64,000 nt of DNA from an uncultured bacterium (GTDB lineage Bacteria; Oederibacteriota; PGYV01; CAWJRG01): NCBI GenBank assembly GCA_963845185.1, contig CAWJRG010000009.1, positions 64,001 to 128,000 on the forward strand, read 5' to 3'. Both the position numbers and the translations under genes were made by a program. The notes below the pieces were generated by a model. It ran no database searches, had not been told where the DNA came from, and saw nothing but the letters and a program-made list of their open reading frames with translations. Shown piece after piece: positions 1 to 11,700 of this stretch (within the stretch, counting starts at the first letter, position 1; every line of letters starts with the position of its first letter).

Positions 1-1
1 G

Positions 2-2983
2 TCCGGCATTATTTCAGTAATTGCTGGATGGCTGTTGCTTTTGAAAAAACAGGTAATAGTCCAGGAGTGGGGAGTTGCTATTACAATACTGGGGGTTATA
101 CTTTTATTCCTTGTGCTGCCGGAAAACGAAGATAAAAAACAAAAAGATGAGAACGATGTCCTTTTTACGGGGATAGCAGAGGCGTATAAAAAGCTTAAAC
201 ATCCATTGCTTTATGCAACAGCATTTAAAATTTTACTTTTAACAGCTGCTTTCATATTATTTAAAACGGGCAATAAATTGGCTGCGGGGCCGCAGAGCAT
301 GGAGGCATTGATTTTTTACTCTCTGGCGCTGATATGCGTATTTTTTGCACTGCCGCTTTTCGAACTTCAAAAAAAATATTACAAAAGCGGATATTTTAAA
401 ATATTAAGGCTGGGTCTGGTGCTGGTTTCATTTTTTATATCTTACAGCGCACAGCAAATGATGGCTGCTGAAAAACCATATGAGGCAATATTATGGTATT
501 TAGCAGCCGCTGCAATTTTTATTTTCGCATTCCCTGTGCATGCCGGTGAAAAAGAAAATTTTACCGGGCAGGAAAAAATCCCGTTAAAGTTAGAGATAAT
601 TTATTTACTGGCAATAATTTTGCTGGGCGCATTTTTAAGGCTTTACGAGCTTGATATCAGGCCTTTCGGGATAGAAAATGATGAAACGGGCGGGTTTATA
701 GAGCACCTTTTAGGAAAAATGCATGGAAAAATGATTTTTAACGTAGGCAATTACGGCATACAATTTCATATAACAAACTTTTTTGTTGCACTTTTTGGCA
801 TAAACAGGATAAGCATGAAATTAGTAGGGGTTGTGGCCGGTATTTTAACAATACCCGCGGTTTATTTCATGATAAGGAAAGTAATAAATGCCAGGACCGC
901 GGTTTTTGTCACGACAATTTTTGCGTTTTTGCGGTGGGACGTGCATTATTCCAGATCCGGCCATGCAACCGCGATATTGCTGCTGGTTGAAGCGCTGGCA
1001 TTATATTTTTTAGCAAGGTCGATTGAAAAAAGGGATAAATCAAGTTATTTCCTTTGCGGGCTTACGATGGGTTTGGGCTGGCACGGGGTGCTTACAGCAT
1101 GGTTTATCTCAATAATCCCTTTTATTTATTGGGGAATCAAATCATTGGCTGAAAAGGGTTTTTTCCGCAAGAACATTATCGGATTTACGGCTTTTATCCT
1201 CGGGTTGTGGATTTTTGGGTCAATGATGCTGCATAATTATTTTTTATCGACTGATATTTATTTTACGAGACTGCATGAGGTCTCGGTTTTCAGCAAAGAC
1301 AACAATGCGCCTGAAAATATAGGCTCGGGCATAATAGACAATGCGGAAAAAGTTCTTCTTATGTTCAATTACAGGGGAGACCAGAGGGAAAGAAACTCGG
1401 GCGGAATGCCTTTTGACCCTACGGTTGATTTTGTAAGCGGAATGTTTTTCGCCTTGGGATTTTTTTATGCTGTTTATTACAGCAGGTACTGGCTGTTTTT
1501 TATTCTTCTTATCATTTTTTTCTCGCAGGCTGCCGGTTCTATTTTTTCCATAGAAGCGCCAAATGCCATGAGGACTTTCGGCATGCTAATACCCGTACTG
1601 GTATTTATCGGCGTTATTTTTGACAGGTTATACACCGCTTTTAAAAGCGTACTGGGACCGAAGCTTGAAAAAGTATTTTACCCGCTTTTACTTGTGATAC
1701 TGTTATTTTTTATTATGAAAGACAATTACAATGAGGTCTTTAACAGGTGGATAACCGGCCTTGACGAACTGCCGACAGCGGCCGGATTATATTCGGAAAA
1801 GCTGGGAAAAACTTACAGGATATTTCTGGACACGTCGCTTTATTACCCCGAACACCCGCCTTACAGATTCTACAGATGGGACTACAAGGTAAACGGCTCG
1901 GACAATGCGCTTGACGGCCTCGAGGATTTGAACGCTATCAATGACGAGAACTTTGCCGTACTGCTTAATTCAGATACGTGGAAAACGCTGCCTTTCTGGC
2001 TGAAAAAATTCCCGGCAGCAAGGCATGAAATCATTGACCACGCATATTTTAATAAAAAAGTCAAAGAAGGCGGAGGGCTGGGGAAATTCTTTGATTCAGT
2101 ACTTGTCGGCAATAATGAGATAAAGGCAATGAAGGGATTAAAAGCCGAGTATTATTATGCCGGAGGCACAAAAGAAACTGCAGAAAATGATTTGCCGGAA
2201 TTTTCGCCGGAAAAAGCAAATAAAATCCCATACAGGGCTGTATGGACAGGCTCAGTCATGTTCCCGTATTATTGCACGGGTTACATGATTAACAGAGGTT
2301 CGGTGCCTGTAAGAATAGCAATAGACGGGCATCCGGTTAAAACAGGAATAAGCATGCGGTATAAATTTGCAAGGGGCAGCCATAAAATACGGATTGAGGC
2401 TCAAAGACGGCTTGAATCAGACACATTGAGGCTTTATATGGAAATTGAAAAAATGCCGGGCTCGAAAATAGAGGGGGCAGGCGTTGCCGATATGGGCAAG
2501 AACACTTTGTACAACTTCAGCGTTGAGGGCCTGCATGGTTATTATTACGATATGACGGGAATGTGGGATAAAAAATCACTTGTCGACGAGGAAATAAACC
2601 CCTGCCTGTGGTTTAATGTAAGAGGCACGGACGACCTGCCTGCCATAAAATGGCAGGGGACAATAAGCATTGATAAGAGCGGGTTATACAGCATTTACGC
2701 GAGCCGCAGAGGATACGTAAGGATAGAAATAGATAACCAGCAATACTGGGACGGCGGCCTTACTGCCGACAACAAGAAACAGATAGACGAATATTTCAAG
2801 AACAGCATGGCGAAAAAGACTGAAAGATTTTATTTGAATAGAGGAAAACACAAAATTCAGGTTTATTCGTACCGTAACGGCCTTGTAAACCTGTTATGGG
2901 ATGCGGGAGAAGCGGATAAAAGCGATTCGTTCCTGCCTCCTGATATCCTGGAGCCGGACTATCAGATAACGGACTATAAATAG
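2..2983 (+). CDS. GT-C fold glycosyltransferase (GT39/ArnT-PMT_2-like) with C-terminal PA14-like domains; 5' end lies upstream of the window
   Basis: Many TM helices; LRLYELDIRPFGIENDE motif typical of GT39-like enzymes; C-terminal WTGSV / IKWQGTISIDKSGLY..GKHKIQV are PA14-like; frame is open from base 2. Confidence 0.75.
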   Translation, partial: SGIISVIAGWLLLLKKQVIVQEWGVAITILGVILLFLVLPENEDKKQKDENDVLFTGIAEAYKKLKHPLLYATAFKILLLTAAFILFKTGNKLAAGPQSMEALIFYSLALICVFFALPLFELQKKYYKSGYFKILRLGLVLVSFFISYSAQQMMAAEKPYEAILWYLAAAAIFIFAFPVHAGEKENFTGQEKIPLKLEIIYLLAIILLGAFLRLYELDIRPFGIENDETGGFIEHLLGKMHGKMIFNVGNYGIQFHITNFFVALFGINRISMKLVGVVAGILTIPAVYFMIRKVINARTAVFVTTIFAFLRWDVHYSRSGHATAILLLVEALALYFLARSIEKRDKSSYFLCGLTMGLGWHGVLTAWFISIIPFIYWGIKSLAEKGFFRKNIIGFTAFILGLWIFGSMMLHNYFLSTDIYFTRLHEVSVFSKDNNAPENIGSGIIDNAEKVLLMFNYRGDQRERNSGGMPFDPTVDFVSGMFFALGFFYAVYYSRYWLFFILLIIFFSQAAGSIFSIEAPNAMRTFGMLIPVLVFIGVIFDRLYTAFKSVLGPKLEKVFYPLLLVILLFFIMKDNYNEVFNRWITGLDELPTAAGLYSEKLGKTYRIFLDTSLYYPEHPPYRFYRWDYKVNGSDNALDGLEDLNAINDENFAVLLNSDTWKTLPFWLKKFPAARHEIIDHAYFNKKVKEGGGLGKFFDSVLVGNNEIKAMKGLKAEYYYAGGTKETAENDLPEFSPEKANKIPYRAVWTGSVMFPYYCTGYMINRGSVPVRIAIDGHPVKTGISMRYKFARGSHKIRIEAQRRLESDTLRLYMEIEKMPGSKIEGAGVADMGKNTLYNFSVEGLHGYYYDMTGMWDKKSLVDEEINPCLWFNVRGTDDLPAIKWQGTISIDKSGLYSIYASRRGYVRIEIDNQQYWDGGLTADNKKQIDEYFKNSMAKKTERFYLNRGKHKIQVYSYRNGLVNLLWDAGEADKSDSFLPPDILEPDYQITDYK

Positions 2984-3026
2984 CCCGGAGCCGGCTCATG
3001 CATGAAAAACAAAAAGGAGATTTCAA

Positions 3027-3980
3027 TTGAACGAGCCTGTTTCAATAGTAATCATAACATTTAACAGGTATTCCTATTTAATGGACTGCCTTGATTCTGT
3101 GTGCAAATCAGACTATAAAAATATTGAAATAATAATAGTCGACGACAATTCGAATGACGGGACAAAAGGCTTAAACGGGGATAAAATAAAGGAAATATTC
3201 AGCATTCCCGGCACTGCGGTCATTGTGATTCATAACAGCGTAAACCTGAAACTGGCGGAATCCCGCAACATGGCGGCAAAAACAGCAAGGGGGAAATACG
3301 TGATTTTTATTGATGATGACAATATATTCGGGCCCGATATGATAGGAACGCTGGCAGGTTTCGCTGACACGCATCCTGAATTTGGAATAATAGGCCCGAG
3401 CATGTATTACAGCGATGGCGGCAAGCTTTATATGAATTATCAAAAAATAAACCTTTTCACAGGCAGGACGCGCGGCATCAAAAACGAGGGCAGTAAAAGA
3501 GAATATTTCGAAACAGACGGCGTGCCGAACGTATTCCTGGTTAAAAAAGAAGTTTTCAATAAGGCGGGTTATTTTGACACTAAGCTGATGCTGACCTTTA
3601 TAGAGCCGGACCTTGCTTTTAATGCCGCAAAATACGGTTATAAAAGCTGCATGCTGAAAAAAATAAAAACATTCCACAGGATAAATGAACTGGATAATTT
3701 CACGCCCCGCGGCATGAGCGGGCAGGGAAGCCACCATGCGCAAAACGCGTACTGCCTTATCAGGAACAGGATGGTAATTGTTGCAAGGTACGGGAACAAG
3801 CTGCAAAAACCGGTTTACTTTTTATTTTTTTCCTGGCTTTGGCCTTTGCTTTATTCCATTATTATGTTAAAATTCAAAAGGATTTACCTGATTAAGCTTT
3901 ATTGGGCAGGGTATAAAGACGGGATAAGATATTTTTTGACCGGAGAATTAAAAAACAGCGCGACGGAGCTGATAAAATGA
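3027..3980 (+). CDS. Glycosyltransferase family 2
   Basis: VSIVIITFNR, IIIVDDNSNDGT, RN..A..ARGKYVIFIDDD motifs. Confidence 0.92.
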   Translation: MNEPVSIVIITFNRYSYLMDCLDSVCKSDYKNIEIIIVDDNSNDGTKGLNGDKIKEIFSIPGTAVIVIHNSVNLKLAESRNMAAKTARGKYVIFIDDDNIFGPDMIGTLAGFADTHPEFGIIGPSMYYSDGGKLYMNYQKINLFTGRTRGIKNEGSKREYFETDGVPNVFLVKKEVFNKAGYFDTKLMLTFIEPDLAFNAAKYGYKSCMLKKIKTFHRINELDNFTPRGMSGQGSHHAQNAYCLIRNRMVIVARYGNKLQKPVYFLFFSWLWPLLYSIIMLKFKRIYLIKLYWAGYKDGIRYFLTGELKNSATELIK

Positions 3981-4936
3981 AAATACTTGTAACCGGCGGG
4001 GCAGGATTTATAGGCAGCCATACGGTAGCTGCGCTTTTAAACAGAGGCGAAGAAGTAATATGCGTGGATAATTTCAATGATTATTATGACCCGCATATAA
4101 AAAAGAAAAACATAGGGCTTTTTCTTAAAAATAAAAATTTTAAATTATATAGGGAAGATATCACTGCATTCAAAAATATTGAAAAAATATTCAAAAAGGA
4201 AAAACCGCGCAAGGTATGCCATCTGGCGGCGAGAGCAGGAGTGCGGGCGAGCATTGAAAATCCTTTCATTTACCAGGAGACGAATGTGAAGGGCACGCTC
4301 AATATGCTCGAGCTTGCGGGAAAATACGGGGTGGAGAATTTTGTGCTTGCTTCATCATCGTCGGTATACGGCAACAGCAAAGAAGTGCCGTTCAGCGAGG
4401 CCCAAAATGTTGACAACCCCATAAGCCCTTATGCTGCAACAAAAAAGGCATGCGAGCTTATGGCTTATGTTTACAGCCATCTATACGGGCTGAACTGCAC
4501 CTGCCTCAGGTTTTTTACGGTATACGGGCCTGCAGGGCGGCCCGACATGGCGCCGTATCTGTTTACGGATGCCGTGTACCGCGGAAGGGAAATAAAAAGG
4601 TTCGGCAAAGGCAATACGAAGCGCGATTATACTTTTGTAAGCGACATAGTATCAGGGATACTTGCCGCCATAGATAAAAACTTAAAATACGAGATAATAA
4701 ATCTTGGCAATAACAAGCCGGTTGAACTCAATTATTTCATTTCTGTCATTGAAAAACTGCTTGATAAAAAAGCCAACATAAAGGAATATCCCAAGCAGGC
4801 GGGTGATGTTGATATCACTTACGCCGACATATCAAAGGCGAAAAGGCTGCTCGGGTACAGCCCGAAAACAAAAATAGAAGAAGGCATGCAAAAATTTATT
4901 GAATGGTATCTTGAGAACACAAAAAAGAGCATATAA
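3977..4936 (+). CDS. NAD-dependent nucleotide-sugar epimerase (UDP-glucuronate 4-epimerase-like)
   Basis: TGGAGFIG, HLAARAGVRAS, ASSSSVYG, YAATKK, RFFTVYGPAGRPDMA; ATGA-type overlap with the GT2 gene. Confidence 0.9.
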   Translation: MKILVTGGAGFIGSHTVAALLNRGEEVICVDNFNDYYDPHIKKKNIGLFLKNKNFKLYREDITAFKNIEKIFKKEKPRKVCHLAARAGVRASIENPFIYQETNVKGTLNMLELAGKYGVENFVLASSSSVYGNSKEVPFSEAQNVDNPISPYAATKKACELMAYVYSHLYGLNCTCLRFFTVYGPAGRPDMAPYLFTDAVYRGREIKRFGKGNTKRDYTFVSDIVSGILAAIDKNLKYEIINLGNNKPVELNYFISVIEKLLDKKANIKEYPKQAGDVDITYADISKAKRLLGYSPKTKIEEGMQKFIEWYLENTKKSI

Positions 4937-4938
4937 TT

Positions 4939-6783
4939 ATGTGCGGAATACTCGCGGTTGTAAAAAGGGGGAAAGAAGTAAACAAAGAGATTTTTTCAGT
5001 AATGCTGGACACGCTGTCAAAACGCGGGCCCGACAACAAGGGCGTTTATTTTGAAAAAAATCTTGCGCTGGGCCACAGGCGGCTGTCCATAATTGACCTT
5101 TCCGAAGCCGGCAGCCAGCCCATGTGGAACGAGGATAATACAGTTGCGGTCTTATGCAACGGCGAAATATATAATTTTCTCAAACTGGAAGCTGGTTTAA
5201 AACAAAAACATATTTTTAAGGGCAAGTGCGACACAGAGGCACTGGTGCACGCGTACGAAGAATCCGGCCAGAAAATGGTGGAGTCCGTAGAAGGCATGTT
5301 CGCGTACATTGTTTATGATAAAAAAGCCCGCGAACTTGCCATAGCGCGCGATCATTTCGGCAAAAAGCCGCTGTATTATTTCCTGGACAACGATTATTTT
5401 GCAATAGCTTCTGAAATCAAGGCCCTGATAGCCGACCCGGAAATAAAGAAAAGGCTGAAAATTGACACGGCCGAGCTTGCCAAATACCTGTTTTACGGGT
5501 ATATACCGTCCCCCGGTTCCATATTCGATAAAATTAAAAAAGTCGAACCTTCCACAACATTTAAATTTAACATTGAAAAATGGTCAATAACCGGCTATTA
5601 CCGTTATTGGCATCTTGGGACAGCTCCTGCGGAAAAGAACCTTGACGAAAAAGCCGTACTGCAGAGGACAGAAGAGCTCATAAAAGAGGCGGTTAGAAAA
5701 AGGCTGATGTCTGACGTGCCGCTTGGCGTGTTCTTGAGCGGCGGGGTGGACAGCTCGCTCGTCACGGCAATGCTGTCGCAGGTATCGCAAAATGTGAACG
5801 CTTTTACAGTATGTTATAAAAATTCGCCCGAGGCAGACGAATCGGCATATGCGGAGCGCGTGGCGAAAAAACTGGGCGTCAATTACCACCTGTGCTATTT
5901 TGAAGATGCGCTTGTAAAAGAAAACTTCATCGAAATCCTGGATTACCTTGACGAACCAATGGCTGACGCGGCTATCATACCGCTGTATTACGTGGCAAAG
6001 TTCGCGCGGGATAAAATAACAGTTGCCTTGTCCGGCGACGGCGGCGACGAGATATTCGGGGGTTACGGCAAATACCAGGCGCAAAAAGCAATAGAAAACT
6101 ACAGATTGTTCCTGCCTTTTGCCTCGGCGGCAAAATTCCTGCTGCCCAGAGGCAGCTCTTATTATAAGCTCCTGGACTGCGTTAGGCTTCCTTTTGCAGC
6201 GCGGCAGTTTATTTTCGGAAGCGGGTCGCTCCTTGCCGGGGAGGCAGGCAGGCTGTTAAAATCAGGGAGCATTGATATAAACAAGGTTTTTGAAGAGGCA
6301 ATAAAATACGCTGATGAATTCAGGCAAAACGACGTCATTAACAAGGCGCTTTACCTTGACTGTAAAATACAGCTTCCCGACTGGTACCTTGTGAAAGGCG
6401 ACAGGGCAACCATGGCAGTATCGCTTGAAATGAGGAACCCGTTATTGGACAAGTCTCTTGCTGAATACGCGTTTACCCTGCCGGGCTCGTGGAAAATCAG
6501 GGCGGGGCAGACCAAGTATATAACCAAAAAAATCGCTGAAAAATATATTGACAGGGACATACTTTACAGGCAGAAAAGCGGGTTCGGCGTGCCGCTTGAC
6601 AAATGGATAAGAAATGAGTTAAAAGACCTGTTCGGCGAATATTTGCACAAGGACAACGGGTATTTTAACATGGCTTACGTGAAAGAGCTCCACGACGCGC
6701 ATATGTCGGGCAGGGCGGATAACAGGTTCAAGCTGCTGAGGATATTCAGCTTCAATTACTGGAAGGAGAAATATTATGGATAA
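4939..6783 (+). CDS. asnB: Asparagine synthase (glutamine-hydrolysing) family amidotransferase, probably glycan-amidating given context
   Basis: MCGI N-terminus, RGPD, GHRRLSIID, RDHFGKKPLYY, LSGGVDSS, SGDGGDE. Confidence 0.9.
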   Translation: MCGILAVVKRGKEVNKEIFSVMLDTLSKRGPDNKGVYFEKNLALGHRRLSIIDLSEAGSQPMWNEDNTVAVLCNGEIYNFLKLEAGLKQKHIFKGKCDTEALVHAYEESGQKMVESVEGMFAYIVYDKKARELAIARDHFGKKPLYYFLDNDYFAIASEIKALIADPEIKKRLKIDTAELAKYLFYGYIPSPGSIFDKIKKVEPSTTFKFNIEKWSITGYYRYWHLGTAPAEKNLDEKAVLQRTEELIKEAVRKRLMSDVPLGVFLSGGVDSSLVTAMLSQVSQNVNAFTVCYKNSPEADESAYAERVAKKLGVNYHLCYFEDALVKENFIEILDYLDEPMADAAIIPLYYVAKFARDKITVALSGDGGDEIFGGYGKYQAQKAIENYRLFLPFASAAKFLLPRGSSYYKLLDCVRLPFAARQFIFGSGSLLAGEAGRLLKSGSIDINKVFEEAIKYADEFRQNDVINKALYLDCKIQLPDWYLVKGDRATMAVSLEMRNPLLDKSLAEYAFTLPGSWKIRAGQTKYITKKIAEKYIDRDILYRQKSGFGVPLDKWIRNELKDLFGEYLHKDNGYFNMAYVKELHDAHMSGRADNRFKLLRIFSFNYWKEKYYG

Positions 6784-7864
6784 AAAACACCTGGAAAAGA
6801 TTGCATGCATTAAATGCGGCGGTACGCTGGAAAGCAGCTCTGCTGCAGATGAATTAACAAACGGAATAATAAAATGCAGGGATTGCGGCGAAAGTTACCC
6901 GGTAATCAATAATATACCGAGGCTTTTAACCGGCAATTTAATGGCGCGGTGCCTGGCATATTATTACAGGGCCATAAAAAATGAGCCGGAATTAACAAAG
7001 TATTACGATAAATACATGCAGGATAACCAGGGCCTGGCAGGGTCAAAAATAGAAAAATTAAAGGCTGAAACCCAGAAAAGCTTCGGCTACGAGTGGAGAA
7101 TGTGGAAAAAGCTTCCTGATTTTGCGGAAAATCACTTCCTGAAAGTTATGGGAAAAAACGCGGATTTTTTTGCCGGGAAAACGGGTTGGGACCCGGCAAT
7201 AGGCATAGGCAAGGAACTGCAAAATGCATTACTGGCGGTAGGGGAAACCGGGTTCATGACAGGAAGCGATTTGTCTTATTCGGTCGACATAGCCTATGAA
7301 AGGTGCGGAAAAAATAAAAACCTGCTGATAGTGCAGGCTGACCTTTACACTGATTTTATCAGGGACAACAGCCTTGATTTTGTTTACATGGTCGGCCTGA
7401 TACAGCACCTGACCGGGCCTGAAAAAGGCGTCGAGCAGGCTTACAAAAAAGTGAAAAGGGGCGGGTATTTTGTCGGCACAATTTACCAGAAACCGGCAGA
7501 CTTCATAACAAAAATGGTGGTCAACATAATCCTTTTCATGCGGATATTCACCTTAAGGCTGCCTTTGCCTGTTGTTGTCCTGATAAGCCGCATCTGCGCA
7601 ATTCCGGCATATTTATTTTTTAAACTGCCGAATTTTATTCTTAAGAGGACGACTTATGTAAAACAAATGGAAGATTTATACTCTGCGCACCAGACGCAAA
7701 AAAGGAAGCCTGACCTCGACCTGCTTGCCCTGAACTGGTTTGACCACTTTACCGCGCCTGTAATCGGCTTTTACAGCGACGAACAAATAATGGGGATATT
7801 AAAAAACATACAATTAAACGATTTTCAGCTCCAGTACGGGATATTCAGGGGATTTAAAAAATAA
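6776..7864 (+). CDS. Trm112-like Zn-ribbon fused to a class I SAM-dependent methyltransferase-like domain
   Basis: CIKCGG..CRDC..YPVINNIPRLL; SFGYEW; degenerate motif I (DPAIGIG); LDFVYMVGLIQHL..KRGG. Confidence 0.7.
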   Translation: MDKKHLEKIACIKCGGTLESSSAADELTNGIIKCRDCGESYPVINNIPRLLTGNLMARCLAYYYRAIKNEPELTKYYDKYMQDNQGLAGSKIEKLKAETQKSFGYEWRMWKKLPDFAENHFLKVMGKNADFFAGKTGWDPAIGIGKELQNALLAVGETGFMTGSDLSYSVDIAYERCGKNKNLLIVQADLYTDFIRDNSLDFVYMVGLIQHLTGPEKGVEQAYKKVKRGGYFVGTIYQKPADFITKMVVNIILFMRIFTLRLPLPVVVLISRICAIPAYLFFKLPNFILKRTTYVKQMEDLYSAHQTQKRKPDLDLLALNWFDHFTAPVIGFYSDEQIMGILKNIQLNDFQLQYGIFRGFKK

Positions 7865-7940
7865 TATGGAAGAATAAATTAAACTGCCCTGCCATGCAAA
7901 AATTTTTTATTGTATGGCTTCTGCCTGCCATTCAGAATAA

Positions 7941-7976
7941 GAGAACCCTTCAGCCATGTAGGAGAAGGGCTTTTTC
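7941..7976 (+). terminator. Possible intrinsic terminator after the glycan operon
   Basis: CCCTTC..GAAGGG stem followed by CTTTTTC. Confidence 0.35.
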
Positions 7977-8314
7977 ATTGTAAGGTCCAGGTTTTTCCTA
8001 TTATACACATAGTTCAAAATACCTTATTTAACTGCATGAAAGCGTAAATTTATCCGGAAAGGCGAGTTTTTTGAAAATTGTAGATATATAAAATAATATC
8101 TATAAAATATGCGCAGTTATTTATCCAACCAGTTGAGAAATCAAATATATCAGAATTCACATTGACAAAACGAATTTTCTGTTGTTGTATATCTAAAACG
8201 CCTTTAAGATGTATGGGCGTTTCAAATAAAGGGGCACATCGCACAGCATCCGAAATGACGCGGGAAAAACACAAAAATAGGAAGTGATTTTATGCATTCA
8301 CTTTTTCTGTTAAT

Positions 8315-8413
8315 AGATCGTTTACTTGCCCAAGCCGCCAGCAGGCGCAGGCAAAGTATTACGAGATATTATACCCGCTCAAGTCCGAGGCAACAGCCGA
8401 GGACAAGCGGTAT
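8315..8413 (-). repeat. Two-hairpin intergenic repeat element, copy A
   Basis: Minus strand ATACCGCTTGTCC..GGACTTGAGCGGGTAT followed by CGTAA-TACTTTGCC..GGCAAGTA-AACG; shared with five other copies. Confidence 0.8.
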
Positions 8414-8453
8414 CAAGATATAATGTATGAAACTTACAAAGAGGGGGGTAACA

Positions 8454-8738
8454 ATGCAAAAAAAATTTAAACTTCTGATTTTCTTCATTTTATTATTAAC
8501 TTCTTTATTCACGAGCCGTGTTTCTGCCGGAATACTTACTCCGACTCCTACAGTAACGCCGACACCGCCAGCTGCGGTCACGGCGGCTTCAGCAGCGTTA
8601 CCATTAAATCAATATCCATTCTATCAGTACATAGACAAGCAGGGCAAAAAATGGTACGTAGTAAACGGGAAAAAATATTCTTTTATTGCCGTAACACCTA
8701 CACCTACGCCCGTAATCACGCCTGTGCCGGAGGAATAA
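8454..8738 (+). CDS. Small secreted Thr-Pro-rich protein, 1 nt upstream of the giant gene
   Basis: GAGGGGGG RBS; signal peptide; TPTPT tracts flanking a small YQYIDKQGKKWYVVNGKKY core. Confidence 0.7.
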   Translation: MQKKFKLLIFFILLLTSLFTSRVSAGILTPTPTVTPTPPAAVTAASAALPLNQYPFYQYIDKQGKKWYVVNGKKYSFIAVTPTPTPVITPVPEE

Positions 8739-8739
8739 A

Positions 8740-11700
8740 ATGAAAAAAATACTATTTGCAATGGTATTTTTGCCAATAACATTTTATGCTTTTGGACAAA
8801 ACCTTACATATACAAATACAAACGGCATGTGGGAATGGGATAGTAATGTAATTGGATATTATCAGCTTGGGACAAGTTCAATGATTGAGACCGTAAACGG
8901 ATATAACGCCTCGGTCGTAGGCACGTTAAGTTATTATACAAGCGGACCGAATGTGCCGCCAAATGCGTGGACATCGGGAAGCTGCACAAGCAGTGGGAAT
9001 TTCGGCGACTATATAATGTGGCAATCGGCCGTGAATTTCGTTTACGGGCCTTCCTCGACACAGCCGTTTTCAATTGAATGGTGGATGTATCTTGTGCCGG
9101 AATGGACCGAGGGTACGGATGCGCAGACAATTTATGCCACCAGTGACTGGATAGGAAATAATGCCGGATATAATTTTATCATGGACTGGCAAAATACGAC
9201 ATACCAGGCAAGGTACTGGTACTGGAATTTTATCGGGCAATGGAGTGACATATCCACCAGCGATGAAACTACATGGGAAGACTGGGCCGTTACTTACGAC
9301 GGCCAGGGCAATGTAAATATTTATAAAAACTGCAATTTTGTGAGGACGCTTCCCGTGTCGTCGGCGGAAAATGTATTTTACGAAATGTACAGCAATGATC
9401 CGAATGAATTTGTGATGTGGCTGGATTATTCCCAGGGTACCGAACGGCCGTTCACGGGGTATCTGGCTGATATAATCGTATCGAATGTCGCAAGAGTATG
9501 CGTGTCGCCGATACCTGTAACCCCGACGTTTACTGCGACAAATACATCTACGTATACGCCCACATTTACCGTAACAAACACGCCGACAGATACAATGACA
9601 CCAACTTATACAAATACGACGACATATACACCGACATGGACGCCGACATATACCGTGACGCCTACAAATACGCCACTACCGACTATTTGTATAGCATCAC
9701 CGGTACCAACTCCTTGTTTTATTTCAATCTGGGGCAGCGGGGGAATAGACAATGGGCTGTTTGGAAGCCCGTGGGGACTGGCAGTAAACAGCAGCGGCGA
9801 CGTGTTTGTAGCGGATTATACCAATGATTTAGTTGATGAACTCGGTCCGTCAGGAAACATTATGAATCAATGGAACGGCAATATAGCCGGAAGCGGCAAC
9901 GGGCCGTTTAGCGGGCCTGCCGGAATATCATTTGACAGCCTCGGGGACGTTTATGTTGTGGACTCGGATAATAACAGAGTCGAAGAGTTTAACAGCACGT
10001 TTACAACACTTATAGCACAATGGAATGGTTCCACAAGCGGTAGCGAGTTTAATTTCCCTCTTGGTGTAGCAGTAGATAGTAACGGAATGTATGTTGCAGA
10101 CTATGAAAATAACAGAATCGTAGAATTCAACAGTACAGGAGGATATGCGGGACAATGGAACGGTTCCGAAACCGGCAGCGGGCCGCTTGACGGCCCTGCT
10201 GCGGTAGCCGTGAACAGCGTCGGGGACGTTTATGTTGTAGACTCGGGTAATAACAGAATCGTAGAATTCAACCTTGGAGGAGCATATATAGCGCAATGGG
10301 ATTACGCCGGCCCCGGTAACGAGATGTTTAATTATCCTCTTGGAATAGCAATAGACGGCAGCGGAAATATGTATGTTGCGGATACGGATAATAACAGTAT
10401 CGAAGAATTTAACAGCGCAGGATGTTATACAGCACAATGGAGCACCGGAGCAAACACCAGCCCATGGGGAATAGCAGTAGACAACAGCGGTGACGTGTAT
10501 ATTTCGGATGCGGATAATGCAATAATCGAAAAATTCGGCCCGTGTGCGACATTTACAAATACGCCGACAAATACGTTTACATGCACCCCGACAGGTACCG
10601 CTACATTGACGTTGACGGGCACACCGACAGCAACGCCGACAGGTACAATAACCGAAACAAACACACCGACAAACACTCCGACGGCAACGGCGACATGGAC
10701 GCCGACAAATACGCCGACAAGTACGCAAACATATACAAATACACTGACGAGTTCACCAACATATACGAATACGCCAACAAGTACACCAACAAATACACCG
10801 ACAAGCACGCAAACATATACGGATACCCCGACGTGGACAGTTACAAAGACATCAACAAGTACACCGACATATACAGATACACCGACTGCAACCCCGACAT
10901 ACAGCCCAACTTATACGCCAACGTGGACGCGAACAAATACTTTGACTACATCGCCTACTTGGACGCCAACAAATACGAATACGCTGACATGGAACCCGAC
11001 AAATACAAGGACTTCTTCATTTACAAACACGGTTACACCAACTTGGACGACGACAAACACGCCGACAAGCACAAATACGCCTACATACACATTTACGCCG
11101 ACAAACACAAGAACACAGACAAATACGCTGACGAATACGCCTCTGCCGACAAACACATTCCCGCCGACATTTACAAATACCGTGACAGGAACGATTACGC
11201 CGACATATACAAATTCCCCGACATACACAATTACACCATCGTCAACAAATACAGGGACTTCGACATTTACGCCGACAAATACACCAAACTATACGCACAC
11301 GATTACGCCGACGAATTCACCGACATATACGAACACGCCGACAGGCACAAGGACACCGACATATACATATTCCCCGACAATAACAAAGACATCAACAAAT
11401 TCGCCAACAGGAACGCGTACACCTACATATACAACATCCCCGACAATTACAGTTTCACCGACGAATACGCCAACAGGCACAAGGACGTCTACATATACAT
11501 ATTCACCAACAGTTACAAAGACATCAACATGGACGCCGACAGGTACAAGGACACCGACATACACAATATCACCAACAATTACAATGACACCGACGATAAC
11601 GCTGACAGGAACAATAACATATACATATACAAATACGCTAACTTTCACTATTACACTTACTGTTACTTTAACGTTTACTGTAACGCCGACTATAGAATGC

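Noticed and set aside
8050..8274. 74-aa minus-strand ORF and similar short antisense ORFs over housekeeping genes
   Set aside because: No RBS or recognisable motif; most overlap well-supported genes on the other strand
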